DNA of 64,000 nucleotides from Lepidodermella squamata (taxonomy: Eukaryota > Animalia > Gastrotricha), in assembly GCA_047495785.1 (NCBI GenBank), contig JBLDXI010000017.1, positions 620,001-684,000 of the forward strand. Reading direction: 5' to 3'. A program made the translations under genes and the position numbers. The notes beneath the pieces were generated by a model, which was not told where the DNA came from, made no database searches, and saw nothing but the letters and a program-made list of their open reading frames with translations. Each line of letters begins with the position of its first letter. Within the stretch, counting starts at the first letter, position 1. Shown here one piece after another: positions 49,774 through 59,572 of the stretch.

Positions 49774-50851
49774 TCAGCTCTTAGTCCTTATCACCTCTGA
49801 GTTTCCAACTCCAAACGGTCTCATTCGATTGATAAGGTAATCAGCAGATAGCTGTGAGTGGAAAGAAGAATTGTTGTCAAAATAAAAGATGTGTTAAGGT
49901 GGATCATACCATATGACCCCCGGGTGCCATGTAATGCATAGATATAGCTTCGCTCGAACAGCATTCTCTGCCTTCGATATAAGTCTCTTCATACTGCCAG
50001 ATCCAACTATCTTTCGTGGATGTTCCCTTCGCTAGGTGGTACCATGCTGGAAAAATCAGAAACCTATGGCGACCGTCTTTATCCCTAGCATCGATTGTAT
50101 TCTCCCCGATGTTATGAAGGCAGTATCCGATTAGAGCATCTTCGTTCCCACCTCTAAACGGACTAGGACATATAGCCTTGTTGGGAAAGGCCTCTTTCAC
50201 AAGCCTCGACATAGTACGGCGTGAAAAGATTTGAGCTGATCCGCTGACGTAGTTCCGATGATAAGTCGAGTTTCGCTTGCTGAAAGGCCTACCGAAGTAA
50301 TGGTCCTTATCGGCATGGAAATGTTTGACGAAATCTCGGAGATTCTCCATAACTAAATAAGTATCATCATCAGCCTTTACGAACCAGTCGTATTCATTGA
50401 TATATCGCTCGTAGACCGATTGCCACGCCGCGAATATTTTAAAGCTCACAAATTCGCGGCCAGTTTGATTGTAGAAAGCTTCGGAGGGCAGACTGCTGTC
50501 CTTCACGTCCGATGCGAACAAGATTTTATCGCACTTCTTGCCCCATGTTTCTCTAACCCAAATTGCCCTTTCATTGTGCCTTGGAGCTGTTGTTGAGCAC
50601 AAGCAGAATACTTTGATCTTGTCTGGCAGGGATTCAGTTGAGCTTTGAGTAGCAATAACTGAACTTATCGCATTTTCCCTACAGCTTGCGCCAAATTTGA
50701 GTTGCCAAACGTGGAGAAACAGTAAGATCGATACGGCAATTTTTGCGAAGTTGTAGGTTTGCCAAATAAGTGCGTAGTAATTTGTTTGTAAAAAGTGACG
50801 TAGTACATTGGAGTAACGACGTTTTGCGTAGTAGAATGGTTTATTCGCCAT
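49774..50851 (-). CDS. C1GALT1: Core-1 beta-1,3-galactosyltransferase (T-synthase)-like, intact motifs: join(49910..50851,49774..49851)
   Basis: TWGKKCD, WFVKADDDTYLVMENLR, YFGR, NED and CCS.EAISMHY. A 58-bp intron after GHM leads to LSADYLINRMRPFG. Confidence 0.85.
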
Positions 50852-50946
50852 TGAATGCAGCGTGATAGGCCATTCATGAATATTCAATGTTTCGCATAAA
50901 TTAAACCTAAAATTGCAAAATGCAGCTCTGTACAACAATTTCTAGT

Positions 50947-52110
50947 TCATTTCGAAAACGATAGAAAATAAAAGATTTTGAAAAATATTGACTCTTCATG
51001 GTTTGGTTGGAATAGTTTTCTCAAGGTTGCTCGAGCCCTGTATCTTTCTGCAGCATCTTCAAGGTCTTCAAGATCGAGCTTTGTAGTTACGCCCTTTTCT
51101 TCCTTCAGCAGATTTTGATATAGAAATCGATTTTCCGGTAGAAAATGAATTACTTTCACGCCAACGGGCCTGAGTCGATACAGCATATATTCGTAGCTTT
51201 GCAAGAATCCGAAGTTTCCAGAACAATCAAAGGCAATCGCACTTTCTGAACAGCAGCTGTGAATGCCGGGTCGAATCGGGTATTTGCTGTCCGAATTCGG
51301 TAGTTCGCTCATTTTTTTCGGTACCGCCATGTCCCATAAGTTCAATAGCACAGGAAATCTAGACCTGCCTAATTGATCTCGGCTATCGTTCGGGAAAATG
51401 CTCGCCATTTTGAAGCACTCCAGGTCAATCACGTAATCATTGAGGTTTTTCGGTGATAACGTTTTCACGGCGAGGTCTTCACAAGTTTCAGTCATGGGTT
51501 TGAAGGCCCTTTCGACTAATTGAGCGAGAGCGCCTGAGGAGAAAACATAAGCCCGTCCAGAGACGAAACCATTTTTCAATTCGTGACCGAAAAGTTGCCG
51601 CTCAGAGGCGTTGTATTGTCCCACGAAAAGTCGAAGATTTTCCATGACAATGTAAGACGTATCTTGAACCCGTAGGATCCAATCGAAATGGCCGGCTAGG
51701 TTGTGGTGGATCCAAGGATAGACTGAGCTTCCAACTGCATAAGATAACCTTAAATCGCCTGTCGCGGGATTCACCGTTAGGTTGTAGTAAGACTTTGACT
51801 GATAGATATTCAGCCATATATTGCATCGTTTGCCCCAAGTTTTGCGGGTTCGATAGTTGCAGAGCTCAGTCTTTGGTTCGGAGCTACAGACACATAACAC
51901 TCGTATATTATCAAACATCACAGAAGAAATCTTCTGCAGGTCCATGTTTTGGGACTCGGCAATCTCGGGGGGACTGTTGTGAGTCTCATTCGGGACGAGA
52001 AAGACGCAAAGAGAGGCGAGACATATCAAAATGGAAACTATGGATGAAGCGTTCAAAGTTCAAGACACATTTAGAATTGAGACAGAGCAGTCTACGTTTT
52101 TAGCGCCCAT
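50947..52110 (-). pseudogene. Cosmc-like GT31 pseudoenzyme with in-frame TGA at 52060-52062, just before the signal anchor
   Basis: ATG 52110 reads MGAKNVDCSVSILNVS*TLNASSIVSILICLAS... The body has WILRVQDTSYIVMENLR and CCSESAIAFDC. Confidence 0.6.
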
Positions 52111-52525
52111 GCGACAAAATCCAATTCTGTGACAGCTTGTGTAGCGGAAATAGATTTATTGTAGCTAGGTCGTTTTTCTGTTCAGTCGATATTTTGCCTA
52201 GCATTTCGTATTCAACGCGACATGGTAGAATCACATGACGGTTGCAATGGCGCGCAACGGACTAGAAATAATTTATTGCTTGGGCGGTATTGCTAGCTAA
52301 GTTTTTTCGATCAGTGCAGGAAGGACAATAGTCCCTCAAACACGTGACACCATTCGCATTTCTGCTGCGACATATCTGCAAAGAATCGATGGTTGCAAAA
52401 GGTAAACAGTGAAGAGAATATTTGGACAAAACGCTAGGTCATTTTTCATGTCAAAAGTGGCAAAAACTCCCGTTAACACATGATTTTATTCACAGATAGA
52501 AAGCCCTTCTTATTGTTTTATAAAT

Positions 52526-53708
52526 TCAATTGCACAGTCTGACCACCTTTGAGTTACTCGCTCCAAAGGGACGCATTCGGTTGATGAGAAAATCTGCTGC
52601 GAGCTGAAAAAGCGAAAAGGAATGTTCAAGTGAACGATGAAATCAGCTTTCATCATACCATTTTCCCGCCAGGCATGTAGTGCAGTGATATCGCCTTGTT
52701 TGAACAGCAATCCTTCCCCTCGACGTAGTTTTTGTCATATTGCCAAATCCAGTTGTCCGCCGTCGCAGAACCGCGGTATAAATGAATCCAAGCCGAGAAG
52801 ATCAGGAAGCGATTTCGCATCTGCTCATCTCTTGCATCAATCGCGTTGATCCCAATGTTATGCAAGCAGTATCCGATGTAGGCATCTTCGTTCGCGTGAA
52901 TACTCGGGCCAGGGCATACGGCCTTGTTCGGGAAAGCCTCTCTAACCAGCCTGGACAGCGTTCGCCGCGAGAAGATTTGAGCAGATCCGCTGACGTAATG
53001 CTTGTGGAAATCGGATTTCTCATTCTTCAACGGCCGGCCGAAGTAATGGTCCTTATCCGCGTGGAAGTTTTTGACAAAATCGCGTAAATTTTCCATGATG
53101 ATATAAGTATCGTCATCGCCCTTCACGAACCAGTCGTAGTCGTTGATGTATCGATCATGAACAGCTTTCCACGCCGCAAAGATCTTGAAACTGACATATT
53201 CGCGGCCCGTTTGATTGTAGAAAGCTTCGGATGGTAAGAAGTCGTCCCTTTCATCTGATGCGAACAGGATTTTGTCGCACTTTTTACCCCACGTCTCCCG
53301 GACCCAAACAGCTCTTTCCTTATGCTTAGGGCCGGTAGTAGAGCACAAGCAAAAAATTCGCACCGGGTTCGAAGCTGAATTACTGGTGGGTTTCACCGCG
53401 GAAAAAGCTTGTTCGTTCACAGTTAATTCAGGTAATTGAGTTAGCAGCTTTTTCTCTTCGAAGGTAAGCTCCGTTTTCGCAGAAAACTGGTCGAGGCTGT
53501 CGTCTTCATACCGTAATTGCCAGACGTACATGAAGAGTGAAACAGAGAGTAAGATTTTGGTGATTTCAAATGCGAGGTGCAAAATCTTATGCAGATGAGA
53601 GCCCAGCTCTGATGACCATAATAGGGGCAGGGATAGTTGCTTTTTCAGTGGAAGCTTCTCTGTCACGCTTCCGAGCTCGCTATAACCAAAATGCAACCGA
53701 TTCGGCAT
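52526..53708 (-). CDS. C1GALT1: T-synthase-like, intact motifs; one intron near the 3' end
   Basis: WFVKGDDDTYIIMENLR, ANED and ISLHY. After GKM|GT...TTTTTCAG|, the last exon 52526-52603 reads LAADFLINRMRPFG. Confidence 0.87.
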
Positions 53709-53798
53709 CTCTCTCGCTTGTCGCCTCGAAATATATCATAAATTATTGATAAAATCTAAAAAAGGAAGACAAATTTAAAAATTAGTTTATTTGCAAAA

Positions 53799-55109
53799 TT
53801 ATCCTGGCTTTTGGTCTTCGAAAGCAAATTGGAGAGGCTCGAATGTGCTTTTCCACGTTGTCGATGCGGTCGGCCAGGTTCTTCGTGAATCGATGATTTT
53901 GTTCAATCTAGCCTCGAATCCGCCTTGAGCTTGGATTGCTTTGATAGTTTCGTTCTGGTACAATTTGGCCCGCTTTTCCAGGCTTGAGAGATTTATTTTA
54001 GGAATTTTTCGGTCCCTAGTCAGATTGTCGAGCAAAATGTCACTTTGAGGTAAGATATGGATGAAATCGACACCAACTGGTCGCAACCTGTATAGCAGAT
54101 ACTCGTATGACTGCAGAAAACCGGGATGGCCCGATGCATCGAACGCGACAGCACTTTCAGAACAACAATGATCGATTCCAACTTGAAACAAATGTTTACT
54201 GCTGGACCAGCTGGGCGAGGGAAGTTCATCTAAATCACCAGGTTTCGCTATAAGCCATAAATTGAACAAGATCGCGAATCGTTCCTTCTTCAAATGATCG
54301 CGACTATCTTCCGGTGAAATGCCAGCCATTTTGAAGCATAAAGCGTTCATTTGATGCTCTTTCACCATTAGTTCTCCTATTCTGCCATATGTGATAAGAG
54401 CTTCATCAACACATGAGGTCCCATCTGAACTATTTGCTCGAAAAGCTGTTTCGACAACTTGTTTTAAAGCGCCATGGGAGAAGGTGTAAGCTTGACTAGC
54501 AACAAAGCCATCTTTTAGCTCAAAGCCGAAAAGATGAGCCTCTGATGAATTATACTGGCCAAGGAAAATTCTTAGATTCTCCATCACAGCATAGGTCGTG
54601 TCTTTAATCCGCAAAATCCAGTCAAACTGGTCGAGTAAATGATCGTAAATCCAAGGATAGACTGGAGTTTCGAGTACGTAGGTTAGGCTCATATCGCCTG
54701 TTGTGTGGTTAATTTTCAAGTTGTAAGGCGGTTTGTTGTTTGAGATGTAAACCTCCAACCAGTGATTGCATCGCTTTCCCCACAATTTTCTCGCCCGAAA
54801 TGTGCATGGTTCGATAGGTTCTCTCCCGCTACTGCAGACGCATAAAATTCGTATATGGTCAAACATTAAGGAGGATATATTTTCGAGATCGATTTTCGGC
54901 GCGAGATCTTGCTCCTGGATTACGTCGATAAGGGCGACATCGATGATATTTGAATTCCGCGAAGATCGATGATTAGGCATAAGGTACACCGATAATGATA
55001 TGATACACATGACAAGAGACACGCCGGAGCAAAAGCTGATTTTCGACAGTGTTGCCATAAGCCAGTGGCATATTCCTCGAGAGAAACCGGCTATAATGCC
55101 GGATCTCAT
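53799..55109 (-). CDS. Cosmc-like GT31 pseudoenzyme, intronless
   Basis: WILRIKDTTYAVMENLR (no DDD), KEH in place of ED, CCSESAVAFDA; type II anchor. Confidence 0.82.
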   Translation of the reverse strand: MRSGIIAGFSRGICHWLMATLSKISFCSGVSLVMCIISLSVYLMPNHRSSRNSNIIDVALIDVIQEQDLAPKIDLENISSLMFDHIRILCVCSSGREPIEPCTFRARKLWGKRCNHWLEVYISNNKPPYNLKINHTTGDMSLTYVLETPVYPWIYDHLLDQFDWILRIKDTTYAVMENLRIFLGQYNSSEAHLFGFELKDGFVASQAYTFSHGALKQVVETAFRANSSDGTSCVDEALITYGRIGELMVKEHQMNALCFKMAGISPEDSRDHLKKERFAILFNLWLIAKPGDLDELPSPSWSSSKHLFQVGIDHCCSESAVAFDASGHPGFLQSYEYLLYRLRPVGVDFIHILPQSDILLDNLTRDRKIPKINLSSLEKRAKLYQNETIKAIQAQGGFEARLNKIIDSRRTWPTASTTWKSTFEPLQFAFEDQKPG

Positions 55110-57007
55110 AACTGAAGAGTGCGTGGAGTCAAATAAATCCTATGAAAAACTGGAAATGAACTTGGAGAATATCTAGGTCACCCATTTATTTCTTTTCAAA
55201 TTAAAATAAAAGCTCATGCGCACTAGCAAATATGAAAGACTGCTGTGCACTTTATAACATATCAACATGCAAACACACAAGTAAGTTGCTCTATTGAACT
55301 AACGAGACGAAAATTACTACGGTTCGAAAATCGAGCTGCAGTCTGTATCCAAAAACGAACAAATAATGGCGTGTATAGGATGAGTCTGGACTATATTTTA
55401 AACAAGCATTATTTATGAATGCTACAGCCTATACGAATTCCTGCCCTAGTTTTTTCTTCGTGCGTCTGCAAGCACGTGTTTGCAACAATAATTTATTATA
55501 TAAAGCGATCGTATTAAACTATGTACGCAGGTTTATTTCACTTAACACTCTACTACGCACGCCTTATTAAGTAATATACATCAATTTCGAGAAAAAATCT
55601 GGACGAGTAAATTCGTGGCTTGAATGAAAATCAAAAAGGGGATCCACTTCGAGGGAATTCCAGGTAGACTCAAGGCCTAACAGTTCAGCTGTGCCAAATT
55701 AGGAAATTGAACTGAATGTCTTACTTATGACAAATCTTTAGTATCTAAAAGGATTAATTATTCATCCATAACAGCTAACTACGCATTAGAAACTTTGAGC
55801 TTCTATCATCAAAGACATCCTCATCGATTGGTGGGATCTTCAATAACTATTGACGCAACGGGCATTAGATCGCCTTGGGTAGAAAAACGGGTTATTTTGA
55901 TCTCTAGAAGCAACATTTGAAGAATTTTTCAGGAAGACTGGCATAGGGATTAGGGATTAGTATTCTGCGCTCTGCGCGAAATTTTGTCCACCTTAATTCA
56001 CGCATTATTTGCATCTTAGCGTGGTCGGATTGTAAGACTGAAAGCGTGGCGAGGCTTAACGTCATCTAGCCAAGTGCAACATCACAAACTAGTAGATAGT
56101 GGTTACAGACATGTAACTCGTGGTTTTGCTTTGACACACTGCTTTTTACAATTAAATTCAGCATGTTTTCACGACGCGACGATATCATCCGACGGTATCA
56201 ATATTTTTGCAGTTTTAAGGTTCTAACGGTACACGCTCGGTGGCTCTATAAAGATGGGAAACAAGAACGCGATATCGCGCATCTGAAAGCAAAGAAAATG
56301 AGCCTGCGAGAAAACCCGCTGTGATGACCATCCATAAATTGGAAGCGAGGAGAAAAACAACAAATCGATAGAACTGGCGCATCTCCAGCTGTTCGTTTGA
56401 TGCATCCTATAAAATGTAATTACCATTTCGACATTCGACTGAATTTGGCAAAAGTTAGATCAAGTCAGGTCGATATCTCCCCGAAAGAACTGCGCACAAG
56501 TGACCGACATTCGGGTGCTGGATGCGAAAAAACGTAGCGGTAAAAAAATGATGAGCTGTGGCAACTGCATTGCTAATTAACGCAAATCGATTCTCCTATC
56601 GCTATTTGGCTAAGAAATTGTTTGCACACAAGTTTTAGACTTCTTGGCGTTATCTATTGTCCGGCATATTAAACGAATGAGTCTAATATTTTTGATGTTT
56701 GACGCCATACATCAAAATTCAGAACGGGATTGCAGAGAAGCGAAGTCGAATGAAGTCTTGAATTGTTTATGATCTACATACCCATCATTATTGATCGACG
56801 CAACACTTTAGGTAAATCGAAGTTTTATTCTTCAATAGCTCTTTTTACCGTGGAAAATAGCATAAAGACGAAAGTCATCAATGTATGTAGCGACATTGAG
56901 TTATATAGTGATGGCAATTTGTTCATACAGCTCAGTAAGTATTTGATCAAACAAAGGAAAGCGCGAAAAATGATGTCACCACTTCGAGATATATAAATCA
57001 GCTGATA

Positions 57008-58184
57008 TCATGAGTCAACAGATCGACCATCACTTTTCAGAGGGCATGGTGGCACAACACGAGAATTTCCGACACCGAATGGCCGCAATTGATAAATTAG
57101 ATAATTCATAGCCAGCTAAATGAGAAAAATTTGTGATTTTTTATAAAATAATTTGAACTGGACTAACCATCTTTCCAGCAGACATGTAATGCAGTGAAAC
57201 CGCCTCATTTGAGCAGCATTCTTCGCCTTCGACATACGTTTTATCGTATCGCCAAATCCAATTTGTAGCCGAGGCGGTTCCTTTGTGTAGATGAGTCCAG
57301 GAAGAAAATACCAAGAATCTATTGCGCTTGAGTTCGTCCCGCGAATCCCGCGCTTCAATGCCGATGTTGTACAAACAGTAGCCTATGTAAGCATCTTCGT
57401 TTGCCTTCAATTTGGGCCCAGGACACTTTGTTTTGTCCGGATACGCTTCTTTAATTAGCCGGCTTAAGGTTTGCCGCGAAAACACCTGCGCAGATCCGCT
57501 GACGTAGTGCATATGGTACTTTGAGTTTACATTTCTCAGCGGTCTGCCGAAGTAATAGTCTTCCTCAGGATTCAGGTCTTTGAGGAAGTGACGAAGATTC
57601 TCAACAATTAGGAAGGTATCGTCGTCAGCTTTCACAAACCAATCATAGTCGTCTAGATAGTTGTCGTGAATTGACTGCCAAGCTGCGAACATTTTAAAGC
57701 TGACAAACTGCCGGCCAGTTTCGTTGTAGAAAGCTTCAGCGGGTAAATAGTCGTCTTGCAAGTCCGAGGCGAATAGTAACTTGTCGCACTTTCGGCCCCA
57801 GGTTTCCCGAACCCATATTGCACGTTCCTTATGCCTGGGACCTGTCGTTGAGCAGACGCAAAATATTTTCGGCCCAGGATTTTCCGGTGGTCTTGTATCC
57901 AACGAGCCCGTTGAAAATACTGAATCCGATGACTCGGTCACAGATTCCCCTAGGTCAGTTTGAATCGTCAGTTTCGCAACAGAGGCAACTTGTCGCCGAG
58001 TATTTTGATGCCGCAATTGCCACAGGGTTAGGAAGAACAGAATAGCGGACAAAAGTTTCACCAATTCGTAAGCACCATACAGCAAGGGATGTAGCCTGCC
58101 AAAGAAGTGTGACCGTTTCAGTTGAACAATTCGTTTCTTGATCGAGCGTTGGTCGCTCGTCGACTGCATTATCGAATTAGGCAT
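57008..58184 (-). CDS. C1GALT1: T-synthase-like, intact motifs; one intron near the 3' end
   Basis: WFVKADDDTFLIVENLR, ANED and VSLHY. Last exon 57008-57115 reads LAMNYLIYQLRPFG. Confidence 0.87.
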
Positions 58185-58420
58185 GGCTCAAAGTTAGAGC
58201 CAGGCTCTTTAACGATAACTGCCTTATTCAGCAATATTTCGTCATTTAACAATGATAGTTCTAAAAAAGTAAAGATAAGCATGGATAAATTCTTTCATTG
58301 TTGAGGAAGCTTCATTAAAAAGCGCCAATAATTCAAAAAAAATCCTTCTTAGTTTATGCCACTTGAGAATTCGCACTTTTGTTTAAGAAAGACGCAACAT
58401 ATCAGTTAATTTTGACATGC

Positions 58421-59572
58421 TCAGCTGATTTCAGACGATTGACTCATAGAATGTTGTTCAAAAGCGGCAAAAGTATCTATTTTAGGTGAGCCGTTGAAGA
58501 GATTCTTTTTAAGAGTCTCACTCGCCGGTAAAACGTGGTTAACAGTGACTCCAACAGGATGAAGTCGATAGAGGATGTATTCGAATGCTAGTGCAAATCC
58601 GTGGTGGCCACCAACGTCGAACGCGATAGCAGATTCTGAGCAGCATTGATCCATGCCGTCTTGAAGAGGCCGTTTACTTTTAGCCCAAACGTGCGTCTTG
58701 TTAGCAACTGCGCCTCGAATAGTTACATCCCACAAGTTAAAGAGTAAGACGAATCGATTCTTGCCTAAATTATCTCGGCTATCCTTTGGCCGGATGCCAG
58801 CTGTTTTGAAGCAATTACCGATAACGTCATGCTCGTTTTCGAAATGGTCAACGATTTTTGGCTCAAGGCAACCGACAAATGGTGGATGAGCGCTGAATCC
58901 ATACCTTACCAGCTTCTTCAGTGCGCCTTTCGAGAAAACGTAAGCTGTATGAAGAACGAAATCATCTTTCAGCTCGTATCCGAATAGCAACGAATCAGAT
59001 GCGTTGTGTTGGGCGAGGAAAATTCGCAGATTTTCCATGACGACGTAGCCATTTTCAGTCACCCTGAGCAGCCAATCGAAATCGTCCCGCATATTGTCGT
59101 AGACCCATTTGTAAACAGGCTTTGTTAACGAGTATGACAGTGTTATGTCGCCGGTTTTCTCGTTGATCGTTGCATTATATTCGTGGTCATCTTCGAAGCT
59201 TTCGTAGGCATTCATCCATCGATTACATCTCTTACCCCATGTTTCTCTAGGGTGTTCGTTGCATAATCTATCGGAATATCCGGCATGGCAGATGCATAGT
59301 ATCCGGATTTTTTCATGCATTAAGGAGGCGATGTTTGATAGGTCCTTTTTACTATCCTGCCGGGGTACGATTCGCTTCTCGCTATTCGCTGGAACCAAAT
59401 CGATAAGGGCTAGGGCGAAATTCGGGCGGTCGTCATAATCGGAGCCGAAATCAGGCGCGAAATAGGTGAGAATTCCTAGTAAGCAAATTGCCAAAGATAG
59501 CTTTGAGCAAGCCGATAATCGGTGGATTCCGCTCAAGGCGTGGCGGGAAATGCTGACAAACTTGTCGGCCAT
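58421..59572 (-). CDS. Cosmc-like GT31 pseudoenzyme, intronless
   Basis: WLLRVTENGYVVMENLR (no DDD), NEHD, CCSESAIAFDV; type II anchor. Confidence 0.82.
   Translation of the reverse strand: MADKFVSISRHALSGIHRLSACSKLSLAICLLGILTYFAPDFGSDYDDRPNFALALIDLVPANSEKRIVPRQDSKKDLSNIASLMHEKIRILCICHAGYSDRLCNEHPRETWGKRCNRWMNAYESFEDDHEYNATINEKTGDITLSYSLTKPVYKWVYDNMRDDFDWLLRVTENGYVVMENLRIFLAQHNASDSLLFGYELKDDFVLHTAYVFSKGALKKLVRYGFSAHPPFVGCLEPKIVDHFENEHDVIGNCFKTAGIRPKDSRDNLGKNRFVLLFNLWDVTIRGAVANKTHVWAKSKRPLQDGMDQCCSESAIAFDVGGHHGFALAFEYILYRLHPVGVTVNHVLPASETLKKNLFNGSPKIDTFAAFEQHSMSQSSEIS

Noticed and set aside
47186-52110. Alternative genetic code or selenocysteine explaining the in-frame TAA and TGA
   Set aside because: TAA, TAG and TGA all terminate other genes normally in this window, and the two cases involve different codons at non-catalytic positions.
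55110-57000. Additional gene between cassettes (also checked 59600-62500)
   Set aside because: Only short ORFs without recognisable motifs or consistent exon chains were found.
49774-59572. P and E ORFs as exons of one fused two-domain glycosyltransferase
   Set aside because: Each ORF has its own signal anchor and stop, and an in-frame TGA lies between the acceptor at 53756 and ATG 53708.
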